In this document: positions 51,831 to 64,000 of the stretch, piece after piece
How the letters are laid out: each line of letters begins with the position of its first letter
How positions within the stretch are numbered: the stretch's first letter is position 1
NCBI RefSeq assembly: GCF_006345805.1
Contig: NC_043002.1
Span: forward strand, 101,432,001 to 101,496,000
Length of the DNA stretch: 64,000 nucleotides
Direction of reading: 5' to 3'
From: Octopus sinensis
Taxonomy: Eukaryota
Translations under genes and position numbers: made by a program
The notes under the pieces: generated by a model
The model's database searches: none
What the model saw: only the letters and a program-made list of their open reading frames with translations
What the model was told of the DNA's origin: nothing

Positions 51831-52104
51831 ATTTATAAATGGTCTATTAAGTCCCCAAATTGTAAAAATGGAAGTAAGAGGATTCATTACCTCGTTTTGT
51901 GTTTGTGTAAAACAGAAAGGAACACAGAACTAAGCACAGAGAGAGAATATATATATATATGCGTGTGTATATATGTGTGTGTGTGTGTGTGTATTTGTGT
52001 GCGTGTCTGTGTATATATACATTGCTGTCATCTCAGTGGGGACTGAACTTGAAATCGCGCAGTTGTGGAGCAACAAACTTCACTACACAGCCATACCTAT
52101 GACT

Positions 52105-52605
52105 GATACATACATACATAAATACATACATACATACATACATCCGTACATACATGCATACATACATACATCCGTACATACATGCATACAATCGTACATA
52201 CATTCACGCATACATACATGCATAGATTCATACATACATACATACATACATTCATACATACATACATACATACATACATACATACATGCACTCATGCACT
52301 CATACATACATACATTCATACATACATTCATACATACATATATACATGCACTCATGCACTCATACATACATACATACATGCATACATACATACATACATA
52401 CATACATACATACATACATACATACATACATACATACATACGTACATACATACAAACATACGTACATACATTCATACATGCATGCATACATACATACATT
52501 CATATATACATACATACATACATTGATACATTCATACATACATACATAGATACATACATACATACATACATGCATACATTCATACATACGTACATACATA
52601 TACCT
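52105..52605. repeat. (ATAC)n microsatellite
   Basis: Direct reading. Confidence 0.95.
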
Positions 52606-55600
52606 ACGCTGATTTATTGAGAAATTGGACTTCTCAGAACTAGAAAGGATAAAGCTGATTCGAAGACTACGCGTCTAAGTCATCACTGGAAACAGTAAAG
52701 ATCTGTAAAACTCTCCAGAAGTCTATCACTTAAGTATACATGAGAATGTCTAGACATGCAAGGATATACATGAGAAGACATATATAAAACAAAAGATACA
52801 ATTCTGCTCATGCGCTGACTCTAAATACTGTACATATATACACACATACATGCAAAACGACCCTGTGATGTTGAAATTCCAATGAAGGGCCCTTAGACCT
52901 AGGTTAGAAACCGGCCCTTTCTCTATAGGCAACAACTCTTGAAATAAACTTCACACACACACATATATATATACACACACACATGGCGCTGTATATTTAA
53001 TAGATGTAGGTGACCTTGAGTTTATATTCAACGTATGTGCCCCTGTGTCTCTATAAACTGGTACATGACTTTGTTGTGTCTAATATATAAGATCTTCTGT
53101 CTATGTTAACAATGTGTGGCATTGTGTTTATGTTTAGGAAGTATTATTATCCAAGTCTATCAATAAATTAGAGCACATTTCATCGTTTCACTTCGTTCCT
53201 ATTCAATAACATCAGTGGCTTCGAAATTGTATTAGGAACAAGTCTGATAAATATTTTAACTTTATTGATAAACAATCAACCAGTAACCTCTCCCTCTCCC
53301 TTTCTCTCTGTCGTTTTTCTCCTCCCTCGCTTTCGTTTCCTCCCTCTTCCTATCACCCCTCTCTTCGTTGTTTTCTCAAAACACTTTCAATGCCGGCGCA
53401 TTATGGCCCTGTCATTTCCCATTTAGACTCGAATAAACAACACACAAAGAATGAATCAGGATACTTTGAAGATTTTTGGAACATATTTTCAATTAGAATC
53501 CAATAAAAACAAATGTGTATTGATTGATAGACTAAATTCTAATTATATTGTCTAATTACTTCTGTGTTCCATCAGAGAGATTTTAGATCTCACCAGTTTC
53601 ACTGTTGGCACCAGAATCGTTTCCAGAGATTCTTACTGAGATATTCAAGATGACAGAACAGTGGTGGATAATGTTTGTGATCATACAAGTTACTGTTGCT
53701 GGTTGTGTGGTTGGTGGTGCTTTTGTTGTTATTGTTGGTGCTCAGGTCAACTTCAATCCAGCATACTTAAGACACTACATCCTGATGTACACTGTTAGAA
53801 ATAGCAGTCAAATTTCCCTCAAATCACATTTTACTAGTTAACAAAAGAGAAGAAAATTAATTTTGATAACATTGATTGCAATACTTCCGGAAAGTTGGGA
53901 TGGTGAAATAAGGATTATACTCATTGGTGTCTGACCAGTGACTGGTATTAAACAGGAAAATTTGAAGTTAGAAGTCACAATATGCACGAGTTAAAATATG
54001 TATAAAATATATAGGTTAAAAAATGGTTGAGTAATTATTGAACTGGTTTTGTAACTATGTGCTTTCGGGTTCAATCTTTCTGCATGTCAACTCGGGCACG
54101 TGTGTTCTACTATAGCCTCGGGCCGACCAATGATTTTGGGGTGAACATGGGAGACGGGAACTGTAAGGAATCCTTGTTTATATATGTATGTGTGTGTTTG
54201 CGCCTGCACTTTTCATCGCCACGCTTGAGGACTGCTGTTCGTTTCTTTTTTGTGTCCGTAACTTTGCAGTTCGGCAGAACATATCGATAGAATAAGTAAA
54301 ATACCATAAAAGGAAGAGCAAATGCTGGGGTTGGTTTGTTTAGCTAAACTGTTGTTGAAGGTGATGCCCCCGCGTGGCCGCAATCCAATGACGGAAACAA
54401 GTGAAATAAAATAGAAGATATAGCTGCTTGTCATTGATAAACTTCAATATTTCATGTTGTTGCTGTTGTTGTTTTTCTCGGAAGAGCTTTGATCCCATAA
54501 AGTACGACACAGGGCCAAAGGGCATTTCTGCAGCAGTGACTTTCCCCTCTTTTAATTGCTTGGTGTACCGTAAACGAGATTTGGCTGTTATTACCTGAAT
54601 GTCACATGTTCACATAGAAACACCCTCTTTGATACGAACCTTTCCTATTATCATTTTTTGATAAGGCAACGAGCTGGTCGAATCGTTAGCACGCCGGACA
54701 AAATGCTCAGCGGCATTTCGTCCGTTTTTATCCTTTGTGTTCAAATTCCACCAAGGTCGACTTTGCTTTTCATTCTTTAGAGATCGATAAAATAAATAAC
54801 AGTGTAGCATTCGGGTCGATGTATCCGACTATTCCCCCCTCTGCCAAATTTCAGGCATTATGCCATAATAAAAGAAGTATTCTAATATTCGGGCGTATCA
54901 CATTTATTCTGATTTCTACTTCCGCCTGAATTTACTACAGAATTTATGGCTCGCATAAATAATTTTTCTGATGTTAGATTTAACATTGATACTAAATATA
55001 CATTTGCTCTCATTGGGTATTGTTTCATCATTAAAGCTGTGTTTTTCTGTATACTTCCACATATTTTGTTTTTTTGTTAATAATACGTTAAGTTGGGGAG
55101 ATGGCAGAATATTTGGTGCGTCGGACCAAATTCTTCGCAGCATTTCTTCCTGCTCCTTGCGTTCTCAGTTCAAATTCCGCCGAAGCCAGCTTTACCTTTC
55201 ATCCCTCAATGAAGTACCAGTCAAATAATTGGATTGGTGTAATCGACTTGTCCTCTTCCCTTAAAACAGTTTGACCTTCGAACCTGCAACGGACCGGTGT
55301 TCCATTCCAGGGAATGTTGTCCATTTCGTCACTTGTACGCCATGCAAACCGGGAAACCGGCCTTATTAGTCCTAAGTCTCCGGGGAAAACCAAAACACAC
55401 TTCTATGTATTCACGCAAACACGCGCGCATACATACACGCGCGCACACATACAGACATGTGTATTGAATTTGGCTATTTTTTGTCGTCAATAAGAAAATC
55501 AAACCAAACTGTTGCTAATCTCGTTCGCAATATATGGACTTCGATGTGAGATCAATATGTAGAGTAGACACTATAGCTTCCAACTATCGATTTATTTATG

Positions 55601-56588
55601 TTATGAAGTTAACATAATCAAAGATAAAAATGCTGGCAATGTCCTATTTTCGGCTCTGAATTTCTCGACATTTTTCCGTTACATGGTTTCAGATAGTGAT
55701 GATGTAATGCTGTTCTGTTAGTTCACATGGCAACTAAGATACGCTATAGCTAAAACAAAAAGATGGGGTGATCAATGTTGGAACGCCTTTGATCATAAGA
55801 CTACTTTGAGGCAATATAGCAATAACAATAAAAACAGCAACAACAGCGACAACAACAATCTTATTTTTGTCTGCCAAAATGGAAAAAAAATTCCTTAAAA
55901 TCCGGTAGCTGTTTCATCTCCAGTCAGCTAATGTCTACTAAATCTAGACGGGACTACAAATATGTGAAACGATGGTCGCTTTAAACATACATTTCGCTCC
56001 TTTCCACTACAAAGTCTTCTAAATTACAGAAGTATATTAATAGAATGCATGTGTTTTTCATCCTCTATGAACAAACTAGAATAGGATAACTCAAATGGAG
56101 AATTGGGTTACGAAATAAAAGATCTTATTGACATAGATATGACAAAAATCCACTGATCCAGCGTTCAGCTATTTGTTATAGTAATATGTGTCATTGTTTA
56201 GAAGATGTGAGAAGGTGCGCTACTGCTTACCAAAATACTTCCTTCAATAAGCACAAGGCTGGAAGTTTTTTGGGGGAAGGTGTTAGTCGATTGCATCGAC
56301 TCCAAGTGCGATTGCTATATATTTCATCAACTCGGAAAAGCTGTACGACAAAGCCAGCCTCGGCAGAATTTGAACTCACAACCTAAAGGCGTACGAAATA
56401 ATGCTAAGGATGTTGTCCGGTGTGCTAACAATACCACTTTTGGTACAGATCTTGAAATTCCAAACAAAAGGCTTTAATCGATTGTGAGTCGTCAGCTAAA
56501 TTCGTTTATTTGTTTTTTTTAGAGTCGTAGAAGATTTAGAAAAATGTATACTTACATGTATATAAGAGACCAAAGTGTACGTACGCCG

Positions 56589-56625
<37 letters not shown>

Positions 56626-57158
56626 TAAATTAGAGATAAAACCACTATTAGGCAAATCAAATATTGTTTAAATATTTCTGATTATTTTAAAAATATTTCA
56701 ATTAACATGAAGATTGACTGTAACTATAATTCTAATTATTAATTGCATTTAAATTATTGTTATTCGAATTGGTACAGCCATGAAACGATCGTAGTGTCTT
56801 ACTTTTTATCTTTTATTAAACTTTTAATACTTTTGATATTTATATAATAAAACAAAAAATAAATAAATAAATAATTAAATAAATTAATTAATAAATAAAA
56901 TAATATATAAATATAAAAATATACATACATACACACATATATATATATATATTTAAAATTTATAAGTTTAAATTATTTAAATAATTTTTTAAAGTTTAAC
57001 TTTTACATTTTTAAATTAATTTTATGTATTGGCTTATGTTTTTCACTGTTTGATTTGCCTAATAGAGGTTTTATCTCTAATTCAATATAATATATTTATA
57101 CTATAAAATTGGATTTAATCCTAAATCTAATTTTTCCTGTAAGTTTGGATTTATTCCC

Positions 57159-57215
<57 letters not shown>

Positions 57216-57271
57216 ATGTATATGTATATATAGTGTGTGTGTATGTATATGTATATATATATATATATATG

Positions 57272-57310
<39 letters not shown>

Positions 57311-57473
57311 AAATCAAATTGCGATAAAATAAAAATAATTATAATCGCTGGTATTACTAACACAAGCCATATATTTTTCATATATCAGTACATTAAGGCG
57401 AAATATGTACTAGGAATACAGAAGCTTGATAAATTAAGTGAAATGAAGATAAAAACATTTACTAACCGGTAAT

Positions 57474-57544
57474 TCTCAGACTGCAGTTTCTTTCTTTTCA
57501 GCAATAAAGATATTTATTTGCCCAGGGAGAATTCTTCAGTGAGA
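57474..57544 (-). ncRNA. Type I hammerhead ribozyme, array 2
   Basis: UCUCA CUGAAGA AUUCU..GGCAAAUAAA-loop-UUUAUUGCU..AGAAA GAAA CUGCAG UC UGAGA. Confidence 0.8.
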
Positions 57545-57868
57545 CCCTGTTTTTCTGGGATCCTAACTCACTAGAAGCATGTGCGTCTAATGAATTACTC
57601 TCCCTAACTAATCATATCACTGCGCAGACTCCGAACGTCCCGACAACACTAGGGAATTCTGGTATATCGCCTGGCGCTCATAATTTATCGAGAAATATGT
57701 AAACAAATCAAATTGCGATAAAATAAAAATAATTATAATCGCTGGTATTACTAACACAAGCCATATATTTTTCATATATCAGTACATTAAGGCGAAATAT
57801 GTGCTAGGAATACAGAAGCTTGATAAATTAAGTGAAATGAAGATAAAAACATTTACTAAACCGGTAAT

Positions 57869-57939
57869 TCTCAGACTGCAGTTTCTTTCTTTTCAGCAAT
57901 AAAGATAATTTATTTGCCCAGGAGAATTCTTCAGTGAGA
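57869..57939 (-). ncRNA. Type I hammerhead ribozyme, array 2
   Basis: Same motif. Confidence 0.8.
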
Positions 57940-58263
57940 CCCTGTTTTTCTGGGATCCTAACTCACTAGAAGCATGTGCGTCTAATGAATTACTCTCCCT
58001 AACTAATCATATCACTGCGCAGACTCCGAACGTCCCGACAACACTAGGGAATTGTGGTATATCGCCTGGCGCTCATAATTTATCGAGAAATATGTAAACA
58101 AATCAAATTGCGATAAAATAAAAATAATTATAATCGCTGGTATTACTAACACAAGCCATATATTTTTCATATATCAGTACATTAAGGCGAAATATGTACT
58201 AGGAATACAGAAGCTTGATAAATTAAGTGAAATGAAGATAAAAACATTTACTAAACCGGTAAT

Positions 58264-58335
58264 TCTCAGACTGCAGTTTCTTTCTTTTCAGCAATAAAGA
58301 TAATTTATTTGCCCAGGGAGAATTCTTCAGTGAGA
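58264..58335 (-). ncRNA. Type I hammerhead ribozyme, array 2
   Basis: Same motif. Confidence 0.8.
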
Positions 58336-58662
58336 CCCTGTTTTTCTGGGATCCTAACTCACTAGAAGCATGTGCGTCTAATGAATTACTCTCCCTAACT
58401 AATCATATCACTGCGCAGACTCCGAACGTCCCGACAACACTAGGGAATTCTGGTATATCGCCTGGCGCTCATAATTTATCGAGAAATATGTAAACAAATC
58501 AAATTACGATAAAATAAAATAATTATAATCGCTGGTATTACTAACACAAGCCATATATTTTTCATATATCAGTAGTACATTAAGGCGAAATATGTGCTAG
58601 GAATACAGAAGCTTGATAAATTAAGTGAAATGAAATATAAAAACATTTACTAAACCGGTAAT

Positions 58663-58735
58663 TTTCAGACTGCAGTTTCTTCTCTTTGCAGCAATAAAGA
58701 TAATTTATTTGCCCAGGGAGAATTCTTCAGTGAGA
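58663..58735 (-). ncRNA. Type I hammerhead motif, array 2 (helix I mismatch)
   Basis: UGAAA instead of UGAGA, and small changes in helix II. Confidence 0.7.
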
Positions 58736-59292
58736 CCCTGTTTTTCTGGATCCTAACTCACTAGAAGCATGTGCGTCTAATGAATTACTCTCCCTAACTA
58801 ATCATATCACTGCGCAGACTCCGAACGTCCCGACAACACTAGGGAATTCTGGTATATCGCCTGGCGCTCATAATTTATCGAATATATATATATATATATA
58901 TAAGAGGGATGACCACTAGGTGGACACCCAGCATGCTAAATGTAGGTCGTATATGATCTGACCACTAAGAAAAAATTGTTCTCAGGAAAATTAGGCAATC
59001 GCCAGAACGTAAGCAAGCAAGACAAATGAAAAGATACAAATTATAAATATTAGTAACTTACCAGATTTCATTGCTACATTTACATATTTACATACGTAAA
59101 TGTCTGCAAATCATCAGTGCGATCGTCTTAGAAAATATAATTTGCAGAATTGTACATGAGACGTCCACACGATAGAGAACATGCATACAGTTCTGTCAAT
59201 TATATTTAAGGGTATATAAGAGTATATATAATATATAACTTATATATACGTGTGTGTGCGTGTGTGTCTGTGTATGCACGTATGTGTGCAAG

Positions 59293-59374
<82 letters not shown>

Positions 59375-60600
59375 CATATATAGAACATGAAATCAGAGTT
59401 CTAAGGACTGCGACAGTTTATTTATAAGCCCCTGTGTTGTTAACCCCGCATCCCACGATGAACTCAAATCACCGAAATTCAAAACAACAAAAAGAATTTT
59501 AAAGTTTATTTTTTTTAAATGAAACATCTTCGAATTCTTTTCTGTCTTGAATGATTATTTAGATAACTATGAAATATAAAACAGAATAAAACACATTTTC
59601 ACCAATTTTAAATATCTGAATCATTTATCTTAATGTGATGGTGAGTCAGAGGAATATTAAATTTGTTTAGTAGCATTACATGCTTTTGTAAGACATAACA
59701 GAGTGTTAGCCACTCATAACTGAAGCTTTATTAGCGCATTCGAGCACTTGAGAGAATCAATTTTGGAACATTGCTGTACACTGCGTAAATATTGGAAACC
59801 AGATTTGGTCAGGTGGAACAATTTATAGAATTACATAGATTTATACTTACTTTGTTTCTCTTCAATTCTTTGAGAGTTCACTTGAACTGTGGGTTACGGT
59901 TGATTATGAGGTGGCATTCCAAAGACACAAATGACATCTAGATAACATTTGAAAATTCCTTGCGGCTGTAGAACCAATTGAAAAATATTTGGCAACTTTA
60001 TCTACGAAGGAAATAACTGCGACCCCTAAACTATGTTTCACGTTGACATTCAATTTGGCAACGAATTCAAGTGAAAGATTTCCATAGAAATAAAAGGAGA
60101 CGGTCATATATGAAATAAAATATCTAAAGATTATTTCCAAACGTATTCCAGGAATATTATAATTGTTCTTTTGTTGCATCTTTAGACAGCATTATCTTAG
60201 GACATTTATAATCCTTTCTATTGATTTACACGGAAACAAGAAACGCTTTCCTACTTTTAGCAAGTTAACGGCGTATTCGGACAATAATGCGCGATCTCAT
60301 AAGTGAATGTGATCTTAGCAAGCACACACTCACACGCGCACAAAAACAGACACACGCGCACAAAAACAGACACACGCGCACACATATACACACATGTATA
60401 TATCTTTATATATATATGCATGTATATCTATATAAGTATGTATATATATATATATTATATATATATATATATTATATATATATAATATATATATATACAT
60501 CTTAATATTTAAGTATATATAAATACACATACATATCTATTTATCTATTTACATAGCTGTCTGTCTGTCTATCTATCTGTCTAAGTGTCTGCCTCTCTGC

Positions 60601-60648
<48 letters not shown>

Positions 60649-61359
60649 ACACACACATACACAGACGCGCACACGCATGCACACACATACACAGACGCGC
60701 ACACGCATGCACACACATACATACACAGACAACAACATAACATTTGTCCATTAATGAAAAAGGAAAAAAAAGTAGTCTTACGTCTCGATCGAAATTTATC
60801 AGTGTGTTTTGAAGCAGTTTTTACTTCCGGTTCGTTTATTCTTGCGTATGTTATGCTGGCTAACGGACTTCCGTTTTTGCGGTTTTTTCTTTTTTTGTTT
60901 AGTTGTTCTGGAGAATCTTATAAAGACCTGCAAAATTTCTGTATGTGATAATATTTGTATATTAACTCTGATCTTTATTTCTATGTGTTATCACGTAGTT
61001 TATACTTTCGTACCTTCTCAGAAGAATCGGTTCAGATAAAGGTTAGTTACAAAGAATTCGAAGCATGTCCAAAAGCTCCGACTGAAATCGTAGCTTTTCT
61101 CTCAGTAACTATTCAATGTGTGTGTGTGTGTTTGTGTGTGCATGTGTAGATGTGTATTTATCTACCAATCTATATGTTCATACATAATGTTAATATCAAT
61201 ACACACACATACAAACCAACAAACACACAAAAAACAATAACACAGTACAAAATACAAAAAACACACACACCAAATTCTTTAACAAATTCAAACCACAACT
61301 AAATATCGAAACAACCACTATTAATCAATAAATAAGGATCTGTCACGCACACACACACA

Positions 61360-61409
<50 letters not shown>

Positions 61410-61881
61410 ACAAACACACACACACACAACACACACACACAGACACGCACACACACACAAACACACACAGCTGGCCATATCCTGAACAGAAACCACTTAT
61501 ACAATTCAAAAGACTTCGATAGAATTCCTCAAATTTGAACTTTTGACCCCCACCACAAACCTACGTAGACTAAACATATATCAGGAGTCACTCTAAAGTA
61601 AAATTTCCCTTTGCACTAAATCATGGCTACAACCTGTTAACCCCTTATTTTTTTGTCCCTTTCACTTCCTAAAGAGTTCTTTTTAATATTTGATAACATG
61701 GATGCATCAAAACCAGTTATATTTTAAGTCACTCACTCTAATAAAAATATTAAACATTCTCTAAAATATACTGTCGAGCCTTTTCCAACTTATTTTCTTA
61801 ACCATAATTATTGATTTGTATGAAATTTTGACCTCTTTTCAACTATATATGTGTGTGAGTATGTGTGTATGTAAGTGTGTG

Positions 61882-61919
<38 letters not shown>

Positions 61920-61922
<3 letters not shown>

Positions 61923-62240
61923 TGGTTGTCTACATCTTATGCAGAGTCTAACCACCTCCAGTACCTACACTTGAGATCCATCATGGTATCTGATGTGGCT
62001 TTTAAAACCAGGCAATGTATTGAAAGGACACCCACACAGGTTGCATATCCGATTATGATCACCAGGAGCTGAAGTTAAGGACTGATCGCTGTGGACCTTA
62101 AAATGTCCGTTAGATTTTGCTGACCTTATACACGGCATTGAAAGTTGGGCACAGATATATGGGCAGAATAGTTGATAGAAGCTCGTTCTTCATGAGCCTA
62201 CAAATGAGATTTTGAGTCCAGCAAAAGAAGTATTATCTAC
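61920..62240 (-). mobile_element. Second RTE-like 3' end with C2H2 finger
   Basis: Colinear with 13020-13340; ICNLCGCPFNTLPGFKSHIRYHDGSQV*. Confidence 0.75.
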
Positions 62241-62271
62241 GATCATCTCCCCCTCCCCACCACCACATCCT

Positions 62272-62502
62272 TATTTCTTTACTACCCACAAGGGGCTAAA
62301 CATAGAGGGGACAAACAAGGACAGACAAACGGATTAAGTCGATTACATCGACCCCCAGTGCGTAACTGGTACTTAATTTATCGACCCCGAAAGGATGAAA
62401 GGCAAAGTCAACCTCGGCGGAATTTGAACTCAGAATGTAACGGCAGACGAAATACAGCTACGCATTTTGCCCGGCGTGCTAACGATTCTGCCAGCTCGCC
62501 GC
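62272..62502 (-). mobile_element. SINE family C monomer with a 9-bp TSD
   Basis: CCACATCCT at 62263-62271 and 62503-62511. Confidence 0.9.
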
Positions 62503-64000
62503 CCACATCCTATGATGCTAGTCCCTCGGAGTCCGAGGTCAACGATTCAGCAACTCATCGCTGAACAACCAGCCCAAACGATCCAATGTCTGTGCCGTGC
62601 GTGAGTTCAATCCCTCGATCAAATCGACGTTGCTTGAACGCTCTACCAAACACGGCGAGGTAAAGTCATCACAACATGAGATAAAGTCTTCCGATCAAGA
62701 CCGCAACCCACCATCCGGTCCAGGAATTGAAACCACGATCTTGCGATTGCGAGTACATCACCCTAACCACCGGGCCCTGCACGCTCTCATACCAGCATCA
62801 ATAAAACAAACTCTCCTTCTTTACCACTGTCGCCGCTGTCGTCACCACGTCTGCCACTCTCACTGCCACCACCATTCAACTCGAATCAACAAGAACAGCC
62901 ACACCAGCACTTCCACCAACAACACTAAAAATACTACAAAGACCACCACAACCACCACCACCAGCAACAACAACAACAGCACCTCATTCCCCACTTCCAC
63001 TCCAACTACGACCAACCCTCTTTTTCCCACCACTACTTCCATTCTCACTACCACCACCACCACCATCACTGCCATAGTTCAATCTAGTAGAAGACAAAAG
63101 TCTATAATTAGAGGTAATCATTAGTTATAGTTAGTAGTTAATTGATTAAATCAAGTATTGACTGATTAAGTGTTTGTTTGGAACATTGGCTTTACAAAAT
63201 TATAGTCTTTGCTTTCTCTTCTATCTTTTTTATATGTTTTAGTGTTGAGGCAATGTCTGGCTTGGTGGCAACATCGGTATAATGCTCGAGTAAATAATGC
63301 TTCCTTATTTAAAGCGACATATCTTGAGTTCAAAGCTCACCCAGCTAAACAAATTTATTTTCAGAATCCAATAAGATCAATACCTGCTCCATATTAAAGT
63401 TGATATAATCGGTTCTGTCACTGTACGAGAAAGACTTTACTGTAGATAAAGGGCAAAGTTCTAAGTTCGAGTCACGCGAGGAGTCTTCTTAATTAAGATC
63501 AAGAAAACCAACTTTGTCACCTTTCTATAAAAGCCTTATCGTATATAAAAGCTTGCGTTTTAAGTTCGAATTACGTCAGGCTTAAGGTTAACTTCACCGC
63601 TTGTCTCTTAAGAGCCCTTAAAATCATGAAGTGCACCATATTCGATTTGACCACATCTTTGCAATCAAATCACTAGAAATACCTTATCAATTTCGAAATG
63701 TTACGTTCCGCGTTCCGATCCCACTGGGGACAAAATTTGGTTTTTTAATACTTCCTGAGTCGATAGAATCAATACCAGAAATGTATTGGTGACGAAACGA
63801 GACCCTACACCGTCCATAGGAAATGAGTAGAATGTACAAATAAATGCATCTTTTAGGTTGTATAGCCACAAGTAAAAAAAAAAAAATCGGGAAAACCGAG
63901 GATTAAAATCATTTTATAACATTCAAAGCCCATTGAGCCATTGCTTATGTAATAATAGAAGAAACGAAGGCGGCTCCATGGCACAATCACTAACGTGCCG

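Larger units (their letters stand above)
57307..58881 (-). mobile_element. Retrozyme-like tandem array 2 (four units of ~395 bp) between (TA)n tracts
   Basis: AAACAAATCAAATT at 57307, 57701, 58096 and 58492; one HHR per unit on the minus strand. Confidence 0.85.

Noticed and set aside
57307-58881. CRISPR or plain satellite interpretation of the arrays
   Set aside because: No repeat-spacer alternation, no cas genes, eukaryotic context; units are long and carry ribozyme motifs.
59050-59130. CTGATGA...GAAA on the minus strand with a good helix II
   Set aside because: No helix I pairing and a broken helix III (GAAATCTGGTA); at most a decayed remnant.
59851-59887. Candidate minus-strand exon ending at a GTAAGT donor
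   Set aside because: Weak acceptor; longer versions hit stops in all frames.

Overview
Repeat-saturated, AT-rich metazoan DNA with no complete protein-coding gene. It is most likely Octopus (inferred from the tRNA-derived SINE families and the very high microsatellite load). The window holds microsatellites, at least four SINE families, decayed LINEs (Tx1/L1-like, R4/Dong-like, RTE-like), Penelope-like element (PLE) fragments and two related Helitrons. The main result is a dense set of minimal type I hammerhead ribozyme (HHR) motifs with a palindromic helix III. Two TA-flanked tandem arrays carry one HHR per unit: about 510-bp units at 17.7-22.1 kb (9 motifs, 7 intact, array folded back on itself) and about 395-bp units at 57.3-58.9 kb (4 motifs). 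Both have the retrozyme-like layout expected of circular/multimeric RNA retroelements and share the same ACUGCAGU helix III. A near-perfect palindrome at 13.8-14.3 kb carries an HHR with a U3-A8 covariant core. About eight further solo HHRs have variant or decayed cores. All structures were derived by eye; activity, expression and novelty are untested. Unit-to-unit differences look like long-read indel errors, so assembly artefacts must be excluded. A few weak splice-signal candidates hint at a host gene on the minus strand.
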